Shown piece after piece: positions 43,190-61,853 of a stretch of 64,000 nt of DNA. A model generated the notes under the pieces. It saw only the letters and a list, made by a program, of their open reading frames with translations, searched no databases and was not told the DNA's origin. The DNA lies in assembly GCF_009914755.1 (NCBI RefSeq), contig NC_060932.1; one strand, 5' to 3'. Position 1 is the stretch's first letter; each line of letters starts with the position of its first letter. Made by a program: the position numbers and the translations under genes. The stretch is from the human T2T-CHM13v2.0 reference genome, Homo sapiens.

Positions 43190-44085
43190 AAACATATATT
43201 CAAGTAACCCAATTTTAAATATGGGCAGAGTGTCTAAATAGACAAACTGATACTTCTTTAAAGAAGATATACAAAATGAAAAGATGCTCAGCATCCTTAT
43301 CCATTAGAGACATGCAAATCAAGATCACAATGAGATACCACTTCCCACCTACTCGGATGGCTATAATTTTTTAAAAAACAGGTAATAAGTGTTGGTGCGG
43401 ATGTGGAGAAATTAGAACCCTCATACAGGGTGGGAATATAAAATTGTGCAGCTGCTTTAGAAAACAGTCTGGTAGTTCTTCTAATGATTAAACATGGAGT
43501 TACCATATGATCCAGCAATTTCACTCCTAGGTGTATACTTAAGAGATATGAAAACATGTCCACACAAAAATGTGTAAATGAACGTTCATAGTAGCATTAT
43601 TCACAATAGATCAAAAGAGGAAACAACTTAAATGTCCATCGAATGGATAAATAAAATTTGGTATATCCATACAGTGGAATATTATTTATTTGGTCATATA
43701 AAGGAATAAAGCACTGATACATGCTACAACATGAATGCACCATGAAAACACACTAAGGAAAGAAGAGAACCACAAAAGGCCACATATTATATGATTCCAT
43801 TTGTATGAAATAGAATATGCAGAATAGGCAAATCTACAGACGCAGAATAGGCAAATCTACAGACACAAAAATTAGATTAGTGGTTGCCTAAGGCAAGGTG
43901 GGTAAGGGGAGGAAAGAGGAGTGACTGACTGCTAATAGGGATACAGTTTCTTTATGGGGTGATAAAAATGTTCTAAAATAGGTTGTTATGATGGTTGTAC
44001 AACTCTGTGACTACACTAAAAACTATTGAATTGTACATTTTAAATGGGTGAATTGCATGCTATGTGACTTAATCTTTAAATAAAG
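43190..44085 (+). mobile_element. L1MB-like 3' end, intron 8
   Basis: aaaagatgctcagcatc...atgcaaatcaagatcacaatgagataccac...cagcaatttcactcctaggt...gtacattttaaatgggtgaattg; 23-bp tandem duplication 43819-43864. Confidence 0.88.
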
Positions 44086-44350
44086 CTTTAAATATTTATG
44101 TATCTTTTTTCCAAAAACTCATATGCTGGGTGTGGCTGAGTGAAATTCTATGAAATTCTCCATCAGAAATTGTGTGTAAAAAGTGAGGGAATATTGGAGC
44201 TGTAATATACAGCAAGATACAGTGAAAGGGCACTGAACCAATAGCCATAGACTCACTAGATGTTAGAACTGAAGACTTTTCAAAAAATTAGATCTAAGTC
44301 ATTCATGGCATGGACAAAGTAACCAAGACCAAAAAAACAAACTAAATTAA

Positions 44351-45195
<845 letters not shown>

Positions 45196-46648
45196 TAACG
45201 GATATATTTTTAATCTCTAAGTAGATTAAGCTTTTTGGCAATTTTTAAATCAGTTTCTACTTTCATTGCATTAAAAATCTAAGGCCTCTATAATTTCTGC
45301 TTTTTAGAATTTACTCAGATATTTTGAAGCCTGTGGAAAAACAAAGTTTTACATTGTGTTTAGACCTTCTCCTGCAGGAGGTGGCATGTTTTACATACCT
45401 ACAGTTAGCAAGTTCCCAAAAGGAAAATTAGACCCAAGGGTCAGCAGTTTTCTAATAAGCAGCAGAACATGAACGTGTGGATGTGAGGATATGGTAATGG
45501 GTTAAAGAATAGCGAATTCACTGTAAGGCTTAAATAAGCAAATTCATTTTCTAATAACAAAAATATTGGTAAAAGTTATGAACAAACACAATTTCTTTTA
45601 ATATACATAGTTTATAAGTTTAAGAGATTATATTAATATAGTTATAATCTTGATTTCTCATTAATTAGTAAACACAGAGAGGATCTTGCAACTAAAATGT
45701 TAAAATGTAGTTTATCTTACCAAAAAAACCTACGCCCCACTTGATTTTTTCATTAAGTACCTGGGTGGTTATCAGAATATAATTCTGCTATATCTGCTAA
45801 TACAACATTAGCAAGATAGGTAATGATTACCACAGCATCATAGATTTCATAAGGATTCTCATTAAAGATAATTTGAACTTACATTTTCATGACAAGAAAT
45901 CAAAATCTGTATTTCTAATTACCATGGTATAGTACATAGTGAATTTCTGTGTTTCACTTAAGTACAAAGTGACCATCTAGTGTGAGTTTATTATGTGTCT
46001 AATATTATTTTAAGTGCTTTAAGTGTATCAACTCATCAACAATCCTTTGTAGTAAATATTATTACTATCTCTAATTTATAGATGAGGAAACTGAGATAGT
46101 TAAGCAACCTGCCAAAGGTCACACAGCTAGAAAGTGGTGGAACCAGGATTCAAACCCAGATAGTGTGGCTGCAGGCTCCATGTCTTAAGTAATGGGAAAA
46201 CCGCACTGATGAAATTCAGGTACATTATCTCTGATAAATGACAAAAATAACTTGAATAACTCTGTTCAAAGAGTTATATTGTGACAGTTAATGTCTTCCT
46301 AATAACTATTCCCTATTTAAAAGTATTAACTCCCAAACCACAATATAGACACATGGCGATTTATATGAGGGTGAATATATATATGCATATTAAACCTAAC
46401 TCCTTGAAAATAATCCTATTAAATATACAGCTACAATTATTGCAAAATAATTTATTGAGCTTATTAGTTCTAATATTTTACCAGCCTCCTACTTCAGTTA
46501 TTAATTTTAAATTTCAAAGGATTTTGCAAAACCTTGTTCATACAAAACAAGTCTCTGTCATTGACATTTAAAAAATAGAATAGTATGTTACAAATGCTTT
46601 CAGTAAATTATACTTTAGGGTCCTTGCTTTCCTATAATATTTTAACTA

Positions 46649-46828
<180 letters not shown>

Positions 46829-47911
46829 CTATAAATATGTATTTTCCAAATAGAAAGAGGACTTTCGTTTTATTTCTAAGACTGATTTTGTCCAAGGAAA
46901 GTATATTAGGATAAATTCTTTCAATGTGGCAAATGATGTCCGTATATTTAAAAACATTTGGGGTATTAACTATTCACATTTTTTCATGTTTTCGAAGAGC
47001 CAAAATAAATGGAAACGAACTACCAAATTACTGGATTTCTTGAAGTAGCAGATATAAGACTCGGATTCGTATGCTTTCTCAATAGAAAAAAAAGATACTT
47101 TGTTCTAAAATATCTGGAAAAAGATTCAAAGATGATCATCATGAAGAACATGACTATGGAAGGGAGCTGGGAAAGAAAGAAAAACTCAATTAACAAAGAA
47201 AATGAGAAAAAAGAAACAAACAGATTTGGGGGTTGGGAGATAAAATAGCTCCAACCATACTGAAAGACTATATAGTGGTAAAGCGTTAATAGAGGAAAAA
47301 TAAAAATATATTAACCACTTGGATTTAGTTCTCAAAATGATTAAAGATACCAAAGTACCTGTTATGCCTTTTTCCTCTTTCAATATACAAACTACGCCTG
47401 TTAAACTACGCAGTGTTACCAAAACAAAAGCAATTTCAGAATGATAAAAACACATCCTAAGTAGCGCATCTAGCTCTTTCTAGTAAGAAATCCGTACATA
47501 CCCTAACTTAATTGTTACTTTTCATTAACTTACTTATTCATTCTATAAAAATTTGTGTATGCTTCAAGCTAGGTACCTTGCTACGTTATTAAAAATACAA
47601 AACAAATAAAAAATCATCACTGTTCTCCAGTCACTAAAAATGTAAAAAAAAAAGCTACTATAATTAGCTGATCATGGCATAAAATTTGACAGAGATCAAT
47701 AAGACAGAAAAATAGCCCTGAAACAGGTTTTAGTATACATAAAACCTTAATATATAATAAAGACTGACTTACTAAAGCAAATTGTAAACTGACATAATAA
47801 TTGTAATATATCATGTATTGGTATTGTCAGGCTGACCAGAATAAAATTGCTGGTATTTTTATTGACCTACAGAATTTCTTATGAGTCAATATAATAGTGG
47901 TACAAACATCA

Positions 47912-48058
<147 letters not shown>

Positions 48059-48534
48059 CTAAAAGGGAAGAAAAATGTCATTGTCAAATAACTTTTAATC
48101 AGCTATTTGCATATGGTGATGGGTCAAGCATTGTATAAAGTGGTTCTAGGAATATAACACAGAACTTCTGGAAAATGGAAGAGGGGTTAATAGGACTAGG
48201 AACTTCCTTCTTTCAAATCTCATTAAATGCCAATACAATAACCTATAATAAAAATTTTCAATGCCAGCAAATCTTAGTTCATCAACATTATAGAAAAATT
48301 AATTTATGAACAAACAAAATCTGCAAATAAAAGCATTTTGGAAAGGAAAATAAAGCAAGAAAGCCTGAAATGAAAATTCATTAATTTTTAAATTTCAAAA
48401 ATAATTAAGGAATGATTGAAAAATAATTAGTATTTAAATAACAGATGAAACTCAGATTTCAAAAATACATTTATAATTAAATAAGAAAGGCTCAAGATAA
48501 AAATGAATTCAGTTCTAATGAAAATGGAAACTGA

Positions 48535-49866
<1,332 letters not shown>

Positions 49867-52335
49867 GAATAGAATAAACGGACAGAATCTTGTAAGAACA
49901 CTTTCAAAAGAAAAGTTTCGATATTTATCCTACAAATTATTAAAATATATGAAACTATAATAATTAAAATGGTTTGTTATAGAATAAAATCTGATAGGTC
50001 AATAAGGAAGTAAAAATAGCCATGAAACCGATTTTAGTCTAATAAAACCTTAATAGATAATAAAGAAGACAGCGCAAGTCAATGAAGAAAGGATGATGGA
50101 TTACTTAACAAGGCAAATTGGAAAAACTTCCCAAGAGTGTTTAAAATAAAATTAAATTCTAACTTATTCTTTATTATATTTATGCTAAATCCTACTTTAC
50201 AAATTCCAATTGCATTACAGACTTAAAGGTTAAAAAACCAAGAAAAAAAATGTGTAATTAATTTATCTCTGGAAGTGGATTACATAAAATTTAAGGTTTT
50301 GTATGTTAAAAGAACAAAAATTAAAAAGCAAAGGATAAATTGGGAAAATATGTGAAATAAATATAAGCAAATTTGTATTTTATATTATATTTGTGCTATA
50401 AATATAACAAATGCTATAAAGGTGTACTTGTTGAAAGGACCCAATCAGTCACTGTACATTGGGAATAAACCAATGAACAAGCAAGCATGACCCCTTCCTT
50501 TAAGTATAATAGACTACTGAAGAAATAACCTTAAAATAGTGAGAGCACTCAGAGTTAAATAACAAAAATGTTAATATTGCACCAGTAATAAAGGCAAAAG
50601 ATAAAAGTAGGCAACTACAGAAAAAATACAAATCACTAATATCATTATGAAAAAAGTGTTCAATCTAAGTAATAATTAAACAATGCAAATAAAACCAATA
50701 ATGAGATACCAATTAACCCTATCAAATTTGCCAAACATTTAGCAAATTAATCTAAATTCTGGTGAGAGTATGGTAGAAAATGTTCATACATTGCTAGATG
50801 GGGCTGAAAATTGTTATAAAATTACTGGAAAAAAAATCTGCAAGTAAGTATGTATGAATGCTTTATAACTTAGTAATTCTACTTTTTGTGATCAAGCTTA
50901 GGAAAATAATATAAAGGGAGGACAAAGCTTATATATATGTAAAGGTATTCATTTTATACTATAGTAAAACAAAAAACCTGGAAATAATCTAAATTTCTAA
51001 TTATAAAAGTCAAATAAATGATTCATTCATTAGATTATACATTTAACAAAACTACTATTTTCAAAAGGTGCTTAATGCCACAGAAAAATGATTGCAGTAT
51101 TTTGCCAAGTGGAAAAAGAACATCTCAACTCCTAAATATATGAATGATTAAAATATGTTTATATATCTAAATAGAATTAAATGTAGAAAAAAAGTCTATA
51201 AAGAAATACTTCAACAAAACAGTAAATGTAGTTCTCTCTGTGTTGAGATTAATTTTTTATTCTCTCAATTCTCTATAACAATCCTATATGACATTTCTAA
51301 TAAAAGTTATTAAAAATTTAAAGCCATGAAAAAGCAAAAAGTAATTATATGAAGCATTTTATGGCATTTAAAAAAATACTTTCACATACACTATTTCATT
51401 GCATTCTAACAAAACGGTTAAGTTTTATAGTTGAAGAAACCAAGGTTCAGAGAAGTTAAGGATTAGTGTAGGCAATAAATGTTAACTGAATGGCTATAAT
51501 AGCCAAAACATTGAGAACAGAAAGATAAATAAAACAAAGTCCCTGCACTAAGGAGCTTAAAGTCTAGCAGAAGAGAGAAAGAAGAAGTACAATACATGCT
51601 ATGGACTCCAAGACATGGACAGGTTCAGGTTTCAAATGGATACATAAAGGAAAGAGTGGCCAGTTTCACCTAATTGATCAGGAAAGTTTTGAGATGTCTC
51701 TTCTGAGAAGGTAATCCAAAAAGGTTTAAAAAAAAAAAAAGGGGTGGTAAGAAAGATGGAAAGGGTAGAAAGGGTATAGCAGGCAGAGGGAGACCAGGCT
51801 TACTTACTGATCGGATGTGGCTGAAAAAGAAGAAGCAATCTAAAATGATTCCTAAATTTAAATTAGATGATTGGAAAAGAAGGATAGAGACACTCAATGA
51901 AATAGGAAAAACAGAAGGAACAACAAATTTTTGGAGAAAGATGATGAGTTTGATTTCTGAAATAACAGGTTTGAGATACCTGGGGGAACTTAAAGGAGAA
52001 AATGTCTAACATGCACTAGCATACATGGGTTTGGCACTTAGGAAAGAATATCTGGGACAAAGGGTAGGTTTTCGGAGTTATGAGCATTTAGATGGTAGCT
52101 GATTCCATTACAGTAAACAAGATCAGCCAGGAGGGCATATATAGTGAAGGAGCAAGGCCAGTGCGGGAACCTAGGAGGACACTGATATTAAGAATGACCA
52201 GGAGACCGAGGAGAAATGGTAAGAGACACAGGAGGAAAATGCAGTGTCTTAAAAGCAAGATGACGTGACTTCCTATTTTAATTACCAGGATACTCATGTC
52301 ACCACAGCATTTTTCAGGAGAAAGAAAAATAAATA

Positions 52336-52642
52336 GGCTGGGTACAGTAATTCATGCCTGTAATCCCAGCACTTTGGAAGGCTGAGGCAGGCAGATCGCT
52401 TGAGGCCAGGAGTTCAAGACCAGCCTGGGCAACGTGGTGAAGCCCTGTCTCTAAAAAAACTAAAGATACCAAAATTAGGCCAGGTGTAGTGGTATATGCC
52501 TGCTGTCCCAGCAACAATGGAGGCTGAGATGGGAGGAATGCTTGAGCCCAGGGAAGTCGAGGCTGCAGCAAGCCATGATCGTGCCACTGTATGCCAGCCT
52601 GGGTGACAGAGTGAGATCCTGTCTCAAAAAAAAAAAAAAAAA
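52336..52642 (+). mobile_element. AluJ, antisense to RRM2B, next to the exon 6 donor
   Basis: Full Alu with A tail ending ~70 bp from the exon 6 boundary. Confidence 0.92.
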
Positions 52643-52692
52643 GATGGAAAAGAAAAATAGATGAACATCAAATATGAATACAAATATAACTA

Positions 52693-52965
<273 letters not shown>

Positions 52966-53853
52966 TTAGTGCCATGGCCAAAGATCTCCATAGGAGAAAA
53001 TGCGCCACCTCTACCTACTGGAGCAGAAAGGTATGCCTCCTTCAAATCCTCTGTCAGACGATGGACTTCTGTAGGTCTTGGCGTTGGACAAAGAAGGACC
53101 TTCCATACTCAAAACAAGAGGTGATTTACGTGTGCACCACACATGACTATGAGTGCAGGTACATGCACATGTGTGCAGTATGTATACATATGTGTGTGTG
53201 TGTACTGGAGAGTAGAAGGTAGACTTTATGACAAGTGTCTTCCTCTGAAAGGAGGAGAGGTTGCTTAAGTTTATATTTTTAGAAACCTATGGTATCTTAC
53301 AGACCATCTGCAAACATTTCAAAAACCACTGGCGTGTATCTGCAATTTAAAAAAAATAGATAAACCCAACTGAGGATAATAAATATATCTATTAGATAAA
53401 ATGTCCCCATAACATAAGCAAAAATACTGTTTTCTGCTAAATACAAAATGGCCAATTTTAAAGGTTACTCATTGTTAGGCAAGGACTTCGTAGAAATCCA
53501 TCTCCTATTAATAAATTGTCTACAGTGGCATCATATCTGTAACATTATGCAGGATGATCAGAGCTGTAACCCAAAAGGTCATTCACAAGGTGCTTATGTC
53601 ACCACACTGCATATGCCTGAGAAAAGTATTTATATATGTCTAAGGAAAAAGGTTTGGTCTATAAGACGGTGAGATACAGGCAGCTGAGTGCTTGAGTGCA
53701 CTACAAACCGTTTTCATAGGTGACATCACGGTTTATACCTCAGTACATGTCACAGGACCACACCCAAAGAAGTCACTTAATAAACAAGTCCTGAACTGAC
53801 TCAATGGAACCTATATAAGTACTAGATGAGAGAAGACATTAAAATCCATTCTA

Positions 53854-54634
53854 GGCCAAGTGCTGCAGTGGCTCACATCTGTAATACCAGCACTTTGGTA
53901 GACCGAGGAAGGAGGATCACTTGAATGCAGGAGTTAGAGACCAGCCTGGGCAACATAGCAAAACCCCATCTCTACAAAAAATTTAAAAATTAGCTGGGTG
54001 TGGTGGTGCGCACCTGTAGTCACAGCTACCTGGGAGGTTGATGTGGGAGGAATGCTTGAGCCCAGGAGGTCAAGGCTGCAGTGCGCTATGATCACACCAC
54101 TGCACTCCAGCTGGGCGACAGAGTGAGCCCATCTCAAAAATCATCATCATCATCACTATTCTTAAGATGAGGCTTGTCATTAGTTTAACATATAACTTAC
54201 TGTATCTTTTATCTTACTATTAAGATAACTTATTGATACGTTTTTAATTGACATTAAGGTAACATCATAAGGATAATTATCTGTCAGGAAAGTAGACTAT
54301 AATTAAATACAAACGTGAATAAAAGAAAAATTGATATTTTAATTTTTGTTAGAGACAGTATGGGGTCTTGCTCTTGTCACCCAGGCTGTAGTGCAATGGT
54401 GCATTAATAATTCAAACAGTCTCAAACTCCTGGGCTCAAACAATGCTCCCACCTTAGCCTCTGACGTAGCTGGGACTACAGGCGTGCGTCACCATGCCTG
54501 GCTAATTTTTTTATTTCTTTAGAGCTAAGGTCTCTCTACGTTGCCCTGGCTGGTTTGAACTTCTGGCTCAAGCCATCCTCTCATCTCAGCCTCACAAGTA
54601 GCTGGGATTATAGGCACAAGCCACTGTGCCTAGT
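53854..54634. mobile_element. Inverted AluJ pair (53854-54140 +, 54342-54634 -)
   Basis: Tail-to-tail Alus ~200 bp apart in intron 5. Confidence 0.88.
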
Positions 54635-55980
54635 GGAAAATTGGTATTGTAACCATGCTATACATTAATGTGAATACTAAAGAATGAAAATCATAACATA
54701 GTTATAGAAGGCTATTCTTTTTTGGAGAAGATTAAAGGATTATAAGTGGTACATTTTACAATTTTTTGAGAACATATGTGAAATAAAAAGAGGGTTCCGG
54801 AACATTTCTCCTAAAAACTATAGTGAATGTAAAGGCCTCATGATTCATTTTAGAGAGGGGAAAGTCGGATACATTTTTAAGATACAGCTGACCTCTATGA
54901 TGGCAATGTACTAAGATTGTGTAGCTAATATTTTTTGAGGCTTGAAATGAAATTTCATTACATATATTAAGTTTTAATCTGTATATTTGTTTTGAAGTTA
55001 TTTAAAGATATTTTAAAAATTAAACAGGATGTCTCAATTTTTAAAAATCTATGCAGATATATAATTAGGAAAATTTTTGCTCTATAGGAATTGAATCTCC
55101 TTATAACATAAACTTCCAAGCTAATAATTTTTAAAGAAATATTCTTAGTTTCTCTTTAGCTAAAAATAAAGGCTTATAAGAGTCTGGATATAAGGAAAGA
55201 ATAGTTGCTACGCTGGATCTTAGTGCAAAAGGCACTAAGAAGGTCACCAAAAATGTTAGGCAAAACCCTAAGCCAGGTGAAAGAGCTGCCCTTTTCAACT
55301 TAGAGCTACTAATGGTGCAGGTAGCCAAATCAGTTCATGAAACAGCACTTCCTCAGCTGGTTAAAGGAAAGTAGCAGTGTGCAGCAAAGCAAGGCAATAT
55401 TTCCATGTTACTGTCTTTTAGCTCCACTCCCAAAAAGGAGAGCCACCAATGCACTCTTCACTCTTTCCTCTTTCCCTGTTCCACTCTACACCCATTCAAC
55501 TCCCCTCCACAATTTTAGAACATGTTCTTTCCTCTGAGACCCTATATTAGAACCTGAAATGGAGTTTCCCTTGAGATTAAGCAATATGGAGAATCTAGCT
55601 GGAGTCCTCATGTAGTTACATGGTGACTGCCAGCCTTCTCTGTGTTCTCTATTTCTAGGTTGTCCTTCTTGGGTAGTTCACGAAATACATGCTTTCCGTG
55701 GGCCTGCTCATCATTTTTCATCACTACCTACCCATACTAATATTTTCAGCGTATATGGAACACTCTGCCTCTTCCCTTCTTTTTTCTCTAAAGCCAGCAT
55801 TTCCCAAAGTGTTTCTGAAGCTCCTTGTGAGGGAATCAGCTGAATACAAAATGCAGATTCCTCAGTCCCACCTGGGCCTCCTACATCAGTTTTGGCAGGA
55901 TTCTTAAAAGTTTTTCCACAAATTCTCCAGATGACTTTTACATATATTGAGAACCAGTGATTTTCTCATTCCTATTTAAA

Positions 55981-56275
55981 TTTTTTTTTTTTTTTTAGAG
56001 TCTGGGTCTTGCTCTGTCACCCAGGCTGCAGCACAGTGGATCATAGCTCACTGTAGCCTCAAACACCTGGGCTTAAGTGGTCCTCCTCTCTCAGCCTCCC
56101 AAGTAGCAGGGTATACAGGTGCATGCCACCACACCTGGCTAGTTTTTAAATTTGTTGTAGAGATGGGGGCCTTGCTTTGTTGCCCAGACTGGTCTTCAAC
56201 TGCTGGCCTCAAGTGATCACCTGTCTCAGTCTTCCAAAGCACTGGGATTACAGGCGTGAGCCACCATGCCTGGCT
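55981..56275 (-). mobile_element. AluJ
   Basis: poly(T) then diverged Alu body. Confidence 0.9.
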
Positions 56276-56370
56276 GCTTTTCTCATTCTTGAAATGAACT
56301 GAAGGCAAGGAGGCAAACATATCTGCTTCATCCCTGGTATACTACATGCTGGCCCATATACGCACTATAT

Positions 56371-56953
56371 CACTGGTTCTTCAGTGTGGTCCAAGAGTCC
56401 CTGAGAGATCCACAGACCCAGGAGACCTGTGAGGTCAAAACTATTTTCATAATAACATTAAGGCATTATTTTTTTTTAACTACCAGTCTCTCATACTTTA
56501 CAATGGTATTTTCTAGAGGCTACATGACATATCCGTAATAATCTGAAAAGCTAAATAAAATATTCCTCCCTTTTCTAACTATAATACATATTTAAATGAG
56601 GCATATACTATATACATATACACTGCAACAAATCGAATGCAAAGGCAGATATGGTACTCCAACTGTTTCCTATTAAGTCAGACATTTAAAAGAGTTACAG
56701 AAATTTAAAAGCATGCTATTCTTTTTTTTGGAAAATATAGAAACTTATATAAAAGTGTTATCTGTATTAAAATATAATGGGTTGATTATTGCTATCTTAG
56801 AATGCACTAATAAATATTTTTAAATTATCTCAATGTTAATTTCTAATGCAAAAATAACAATACCCATAACCTACCCAAATAAAGGCACTTTGGAGTGCTC
56901 AATAATTTTTAAGAGTACAAAGGGGCCTGAGACCAAAAATTTTGAGACTTGCT
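56371..56953 (+). mobile_element. hAT-Charlie DNA transposon relic
   Basis: cactggttcttcagtgtggtcc...gaggtcaaaactattttcataataa...gcagatatg...tattaagtcagacatt...ggggcctgagaccaaaaattttgagacttg. Confidence 0.7.
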
Positions 56954-57297
56954 TCCTCACATAAAGAATAAAACCAGAAAGTAAAGAACACCAATTAAAA
57001 ATAGATAAGAATGAGATGGGTACTTAGAGCTATCCAAATGAAATATATAAATATTTTAATTAAATTTAGTAAGTATTTATTGAGCAACTACTATGTATAA
57101 GACATAATATGATACACTTCCTTAAAAAAATGCTATGGGATCTCAACTCAGCCAGAAGGGTGTTTGCATTTAGCTTACCTATGAAAAATAAGCCTGTTAT
57201 TACAAATTGGTTTTGTCCTAGTTGATTACACTAATCTTTAGTTTTTGAGAAACTAGATATTTGTTTCCTGAAAAATGTTAAGATTTCACTTGCTTTA

Positions 57298-57617
<320 letters not shown>

Positions 57618-57934
57618 ATTCCTAAAATAAACTTAAAAGCCAGATACAAACTGTGAATTGCTATAATACTCTTGTTATTGCTATGTGACTGACTCCTGTT
57701 TAACTGTAATTATGCACTAACATCTTAACTTTTCAACTTCCAACTTATTAAGTAGAATAGGTAACAGCTTTATCACCACTTTCTAATTAATTATTAGGAA
57801 TAATGATTTTGGTAAAGGTGCATTTGAGACATTTGTACTCCTTTTCCATGCTGTAACTTTGATTCGTACTGGATAGTCACACCACATAAAATACTGTCAT
57901 ATCACCTTAGGCAAATCTGATCATACATAAATTA

Positions 57935-58374
<440 letters not shown>

Positions 58375-58784
58375 TCACTTGTTTTTCTTAATTGGACTAA
58401 ACTTAATCAGAGATAATAATTGTAACTCTACGGTATGCTACCAGATCTGTAGTTTTTATACATTTTTACATGTCCATAGAACAGAAATAAAACTCAAATT
58501 ATTGGTTTGAATCTGGTCTCATACAAAACCAGCTAAATTTGAGTATTCAATTTCTAAACAGAAGATGCTACTGAACAGTTCTTAAAGATAAAATATCTAA
58601 AGGTTAACTGGTTCTATAACAAGTTTTTTTTAAAACCCAATACATTATTAAGCAATAGAAAATATTATGCTCAGAAACTTCCATACTTGAATAATCTTTC
58701 CTTAACATTGAGTTTTGGAATAAATTCTGATCTGAACATAACCAAGCCGTAAGCAATATTTTGTAAATAAAATCCCAACAATAC

Positions 58785-58918
58785 CTTTTCTTGGGATCTC
58801 TGATGTAAGTGTCTATCAGCAAACTGTACATCTCTGAGTGAACATTCTCGATGAGAATTTGAAAGCCATAGAAACAGCGAGCCTCTGGAACCTGCACCTC
58901 CTGACTAAAGCGCTCCAC
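58785..58918 (-). CDS. RRM2B: RRM2B coding exon 4 (134 bp)
   Basis: [44 protein letters not shown](R); first ExxH motif (ENVH) and radical Tyr (EMYS); AG at 58919-58920, GT at 58783-58784. Confidence 0.97.
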
Positions 58919-59074
58919 CTAAGAAGATAAGGAAAATAGATATATCCAGTTCTATAGGCTCTCATTAAACACTGCAAATCAGAATCTGGACATCAGCATT
59001 ATCGCTTAAAAACTGCCTGTCATGTAACAAACAGGTCAGAAAGACCTTATGGATTATTTTAAGCAGTATCCTAG

Positions 59075-59431
<357 letters not shown>

Positions 59432-59781
59432 TATCTTTCTAATTCTTTTTAAAAAGAAATTATGCCTCCTGATCAACCATAATCAAGTTTTAAAATGGGG
59501 AGCCAGAATCCAGTGTTCTATTACAGAGCTCCAAAGGTTAAGGTGCAGGTTCTCTATTAAGCTTACTATCTGAGAGTAAAAATCAAACTCATGTTAATGC
59601 ACTGTAAATAGTTTTGATTCATATCATTTATGCTTGATTTAATAATAGTTTGCTGGTCAAAGGATAAGCAATTCATCAGAAAAACATTTAAAGAGTTAAG
59701 CTTCATCTAGTTCATTTTTTAGACATCTTGTCTTTGGCTGAATTTAATAATCTTACTGACATTATCATCATTTAACTGCTA

Positions 59782-59982
<201 letters not shown>

Positions 59983-60617
59983 TCAAAGTGTTTGGGAAAC
60001 TAACTTCTATTGTTAAGTAGGAATATCCCACTACCAGTAAACTATGGAAAAAGAAAGATGTTAGCACTGCAAAGAAATAAAAAAAAAAGTTATGTTAACA
60101 AGTGTATTATATTCAGGATTTTTGTTAAATGAGTAGATTACAGCTATTCTTGGTGGGGGGGTGAACAGCTAAACTATGTGAGGCAAAGGAAATATTAATT
60201 TGTTACATAATGGGTAACCATTTTATTATATATATATATATATAACATCATGTCATACACCTTAAACATACACAATAAAATTTATCTTTAAAAAATTAAG
60301 ATGGAATCGAATTTTCTGGCTAATTAAGAAGCTGGCCAGGATGTACTTTAAAAATATTCAAATTAACATAATCTAGTGGCACTGAAGCAAATGAAAGAAG
60401 GGCTAAAAGGGGAGGGGGGAGAGTAAAAACTAGTCAAGAAGGCACTGAAGTAAATAAACTAATGAATCTCAACAGTCACTGCTTTAACATTTTATATAAT
60501 ATGTGCTATGGTGTTAGATAATTAGGCACCTATTAACCAACTGTAGCTGCTACTTTACTGCCAGGTAATCAGTCTACTTTTACATCCAGAAGTAATGCCA
60601 GGCAGGTAACAACCTGA

Positions 60618-61501
<884 letters not shown>

Positions 61502-61524
61502 AAAAATTGTCTTTAAATGTACCT

Positions 61525-61833
61525 TCCCTTAGTCAGTTCTGGGGGCTATAACAAATTACCATTGACTGGGTTGCTTAAACAGCATACTTTTATTTTTCTT
61601 TTTGAACATTTCTGGAAGCTGAAAGCCCAAGATCAGGATGTCAGCATGGTTGGGTTATTGGTGAAGGCCCTCTTACTGATTTACAGATGGCCACCTTCTT
61701 GCTGTATCCTGACATAGCAGAGAGAGAGAGATCATATCTCTCATGTCTCTTAAGGGCACTAATCCTATTCATGAGGGCTCCACCCACATGACCTAATTAC
61801 CTCCCAAGGCTCCACCTCCAAATACCATCACAC
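61525..61833. mobile_element. MLT1A/B-like LTR fragment
   Basis: gctataacaaattaccattgactgggttgcttaaac...ttctggaagctgaaagcccaagatc...catgacctaattacctccc. Confidence 0.75.
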
Positions 61834-61853
61834 AGCATATGTAGACATCATTT

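Noticed and set aside
43819-43864. 23-bp perfect tandem duplication in L1
   Set aside because: Ordinary slippage event in an intronic repeat
58604-58918. ORF-track extensions of RRM2B exons (58604..58918 and 52690..52962)
   Set aside because: Only the parts between AG/GT boundaries match R2 protein; the rest is intron read-through
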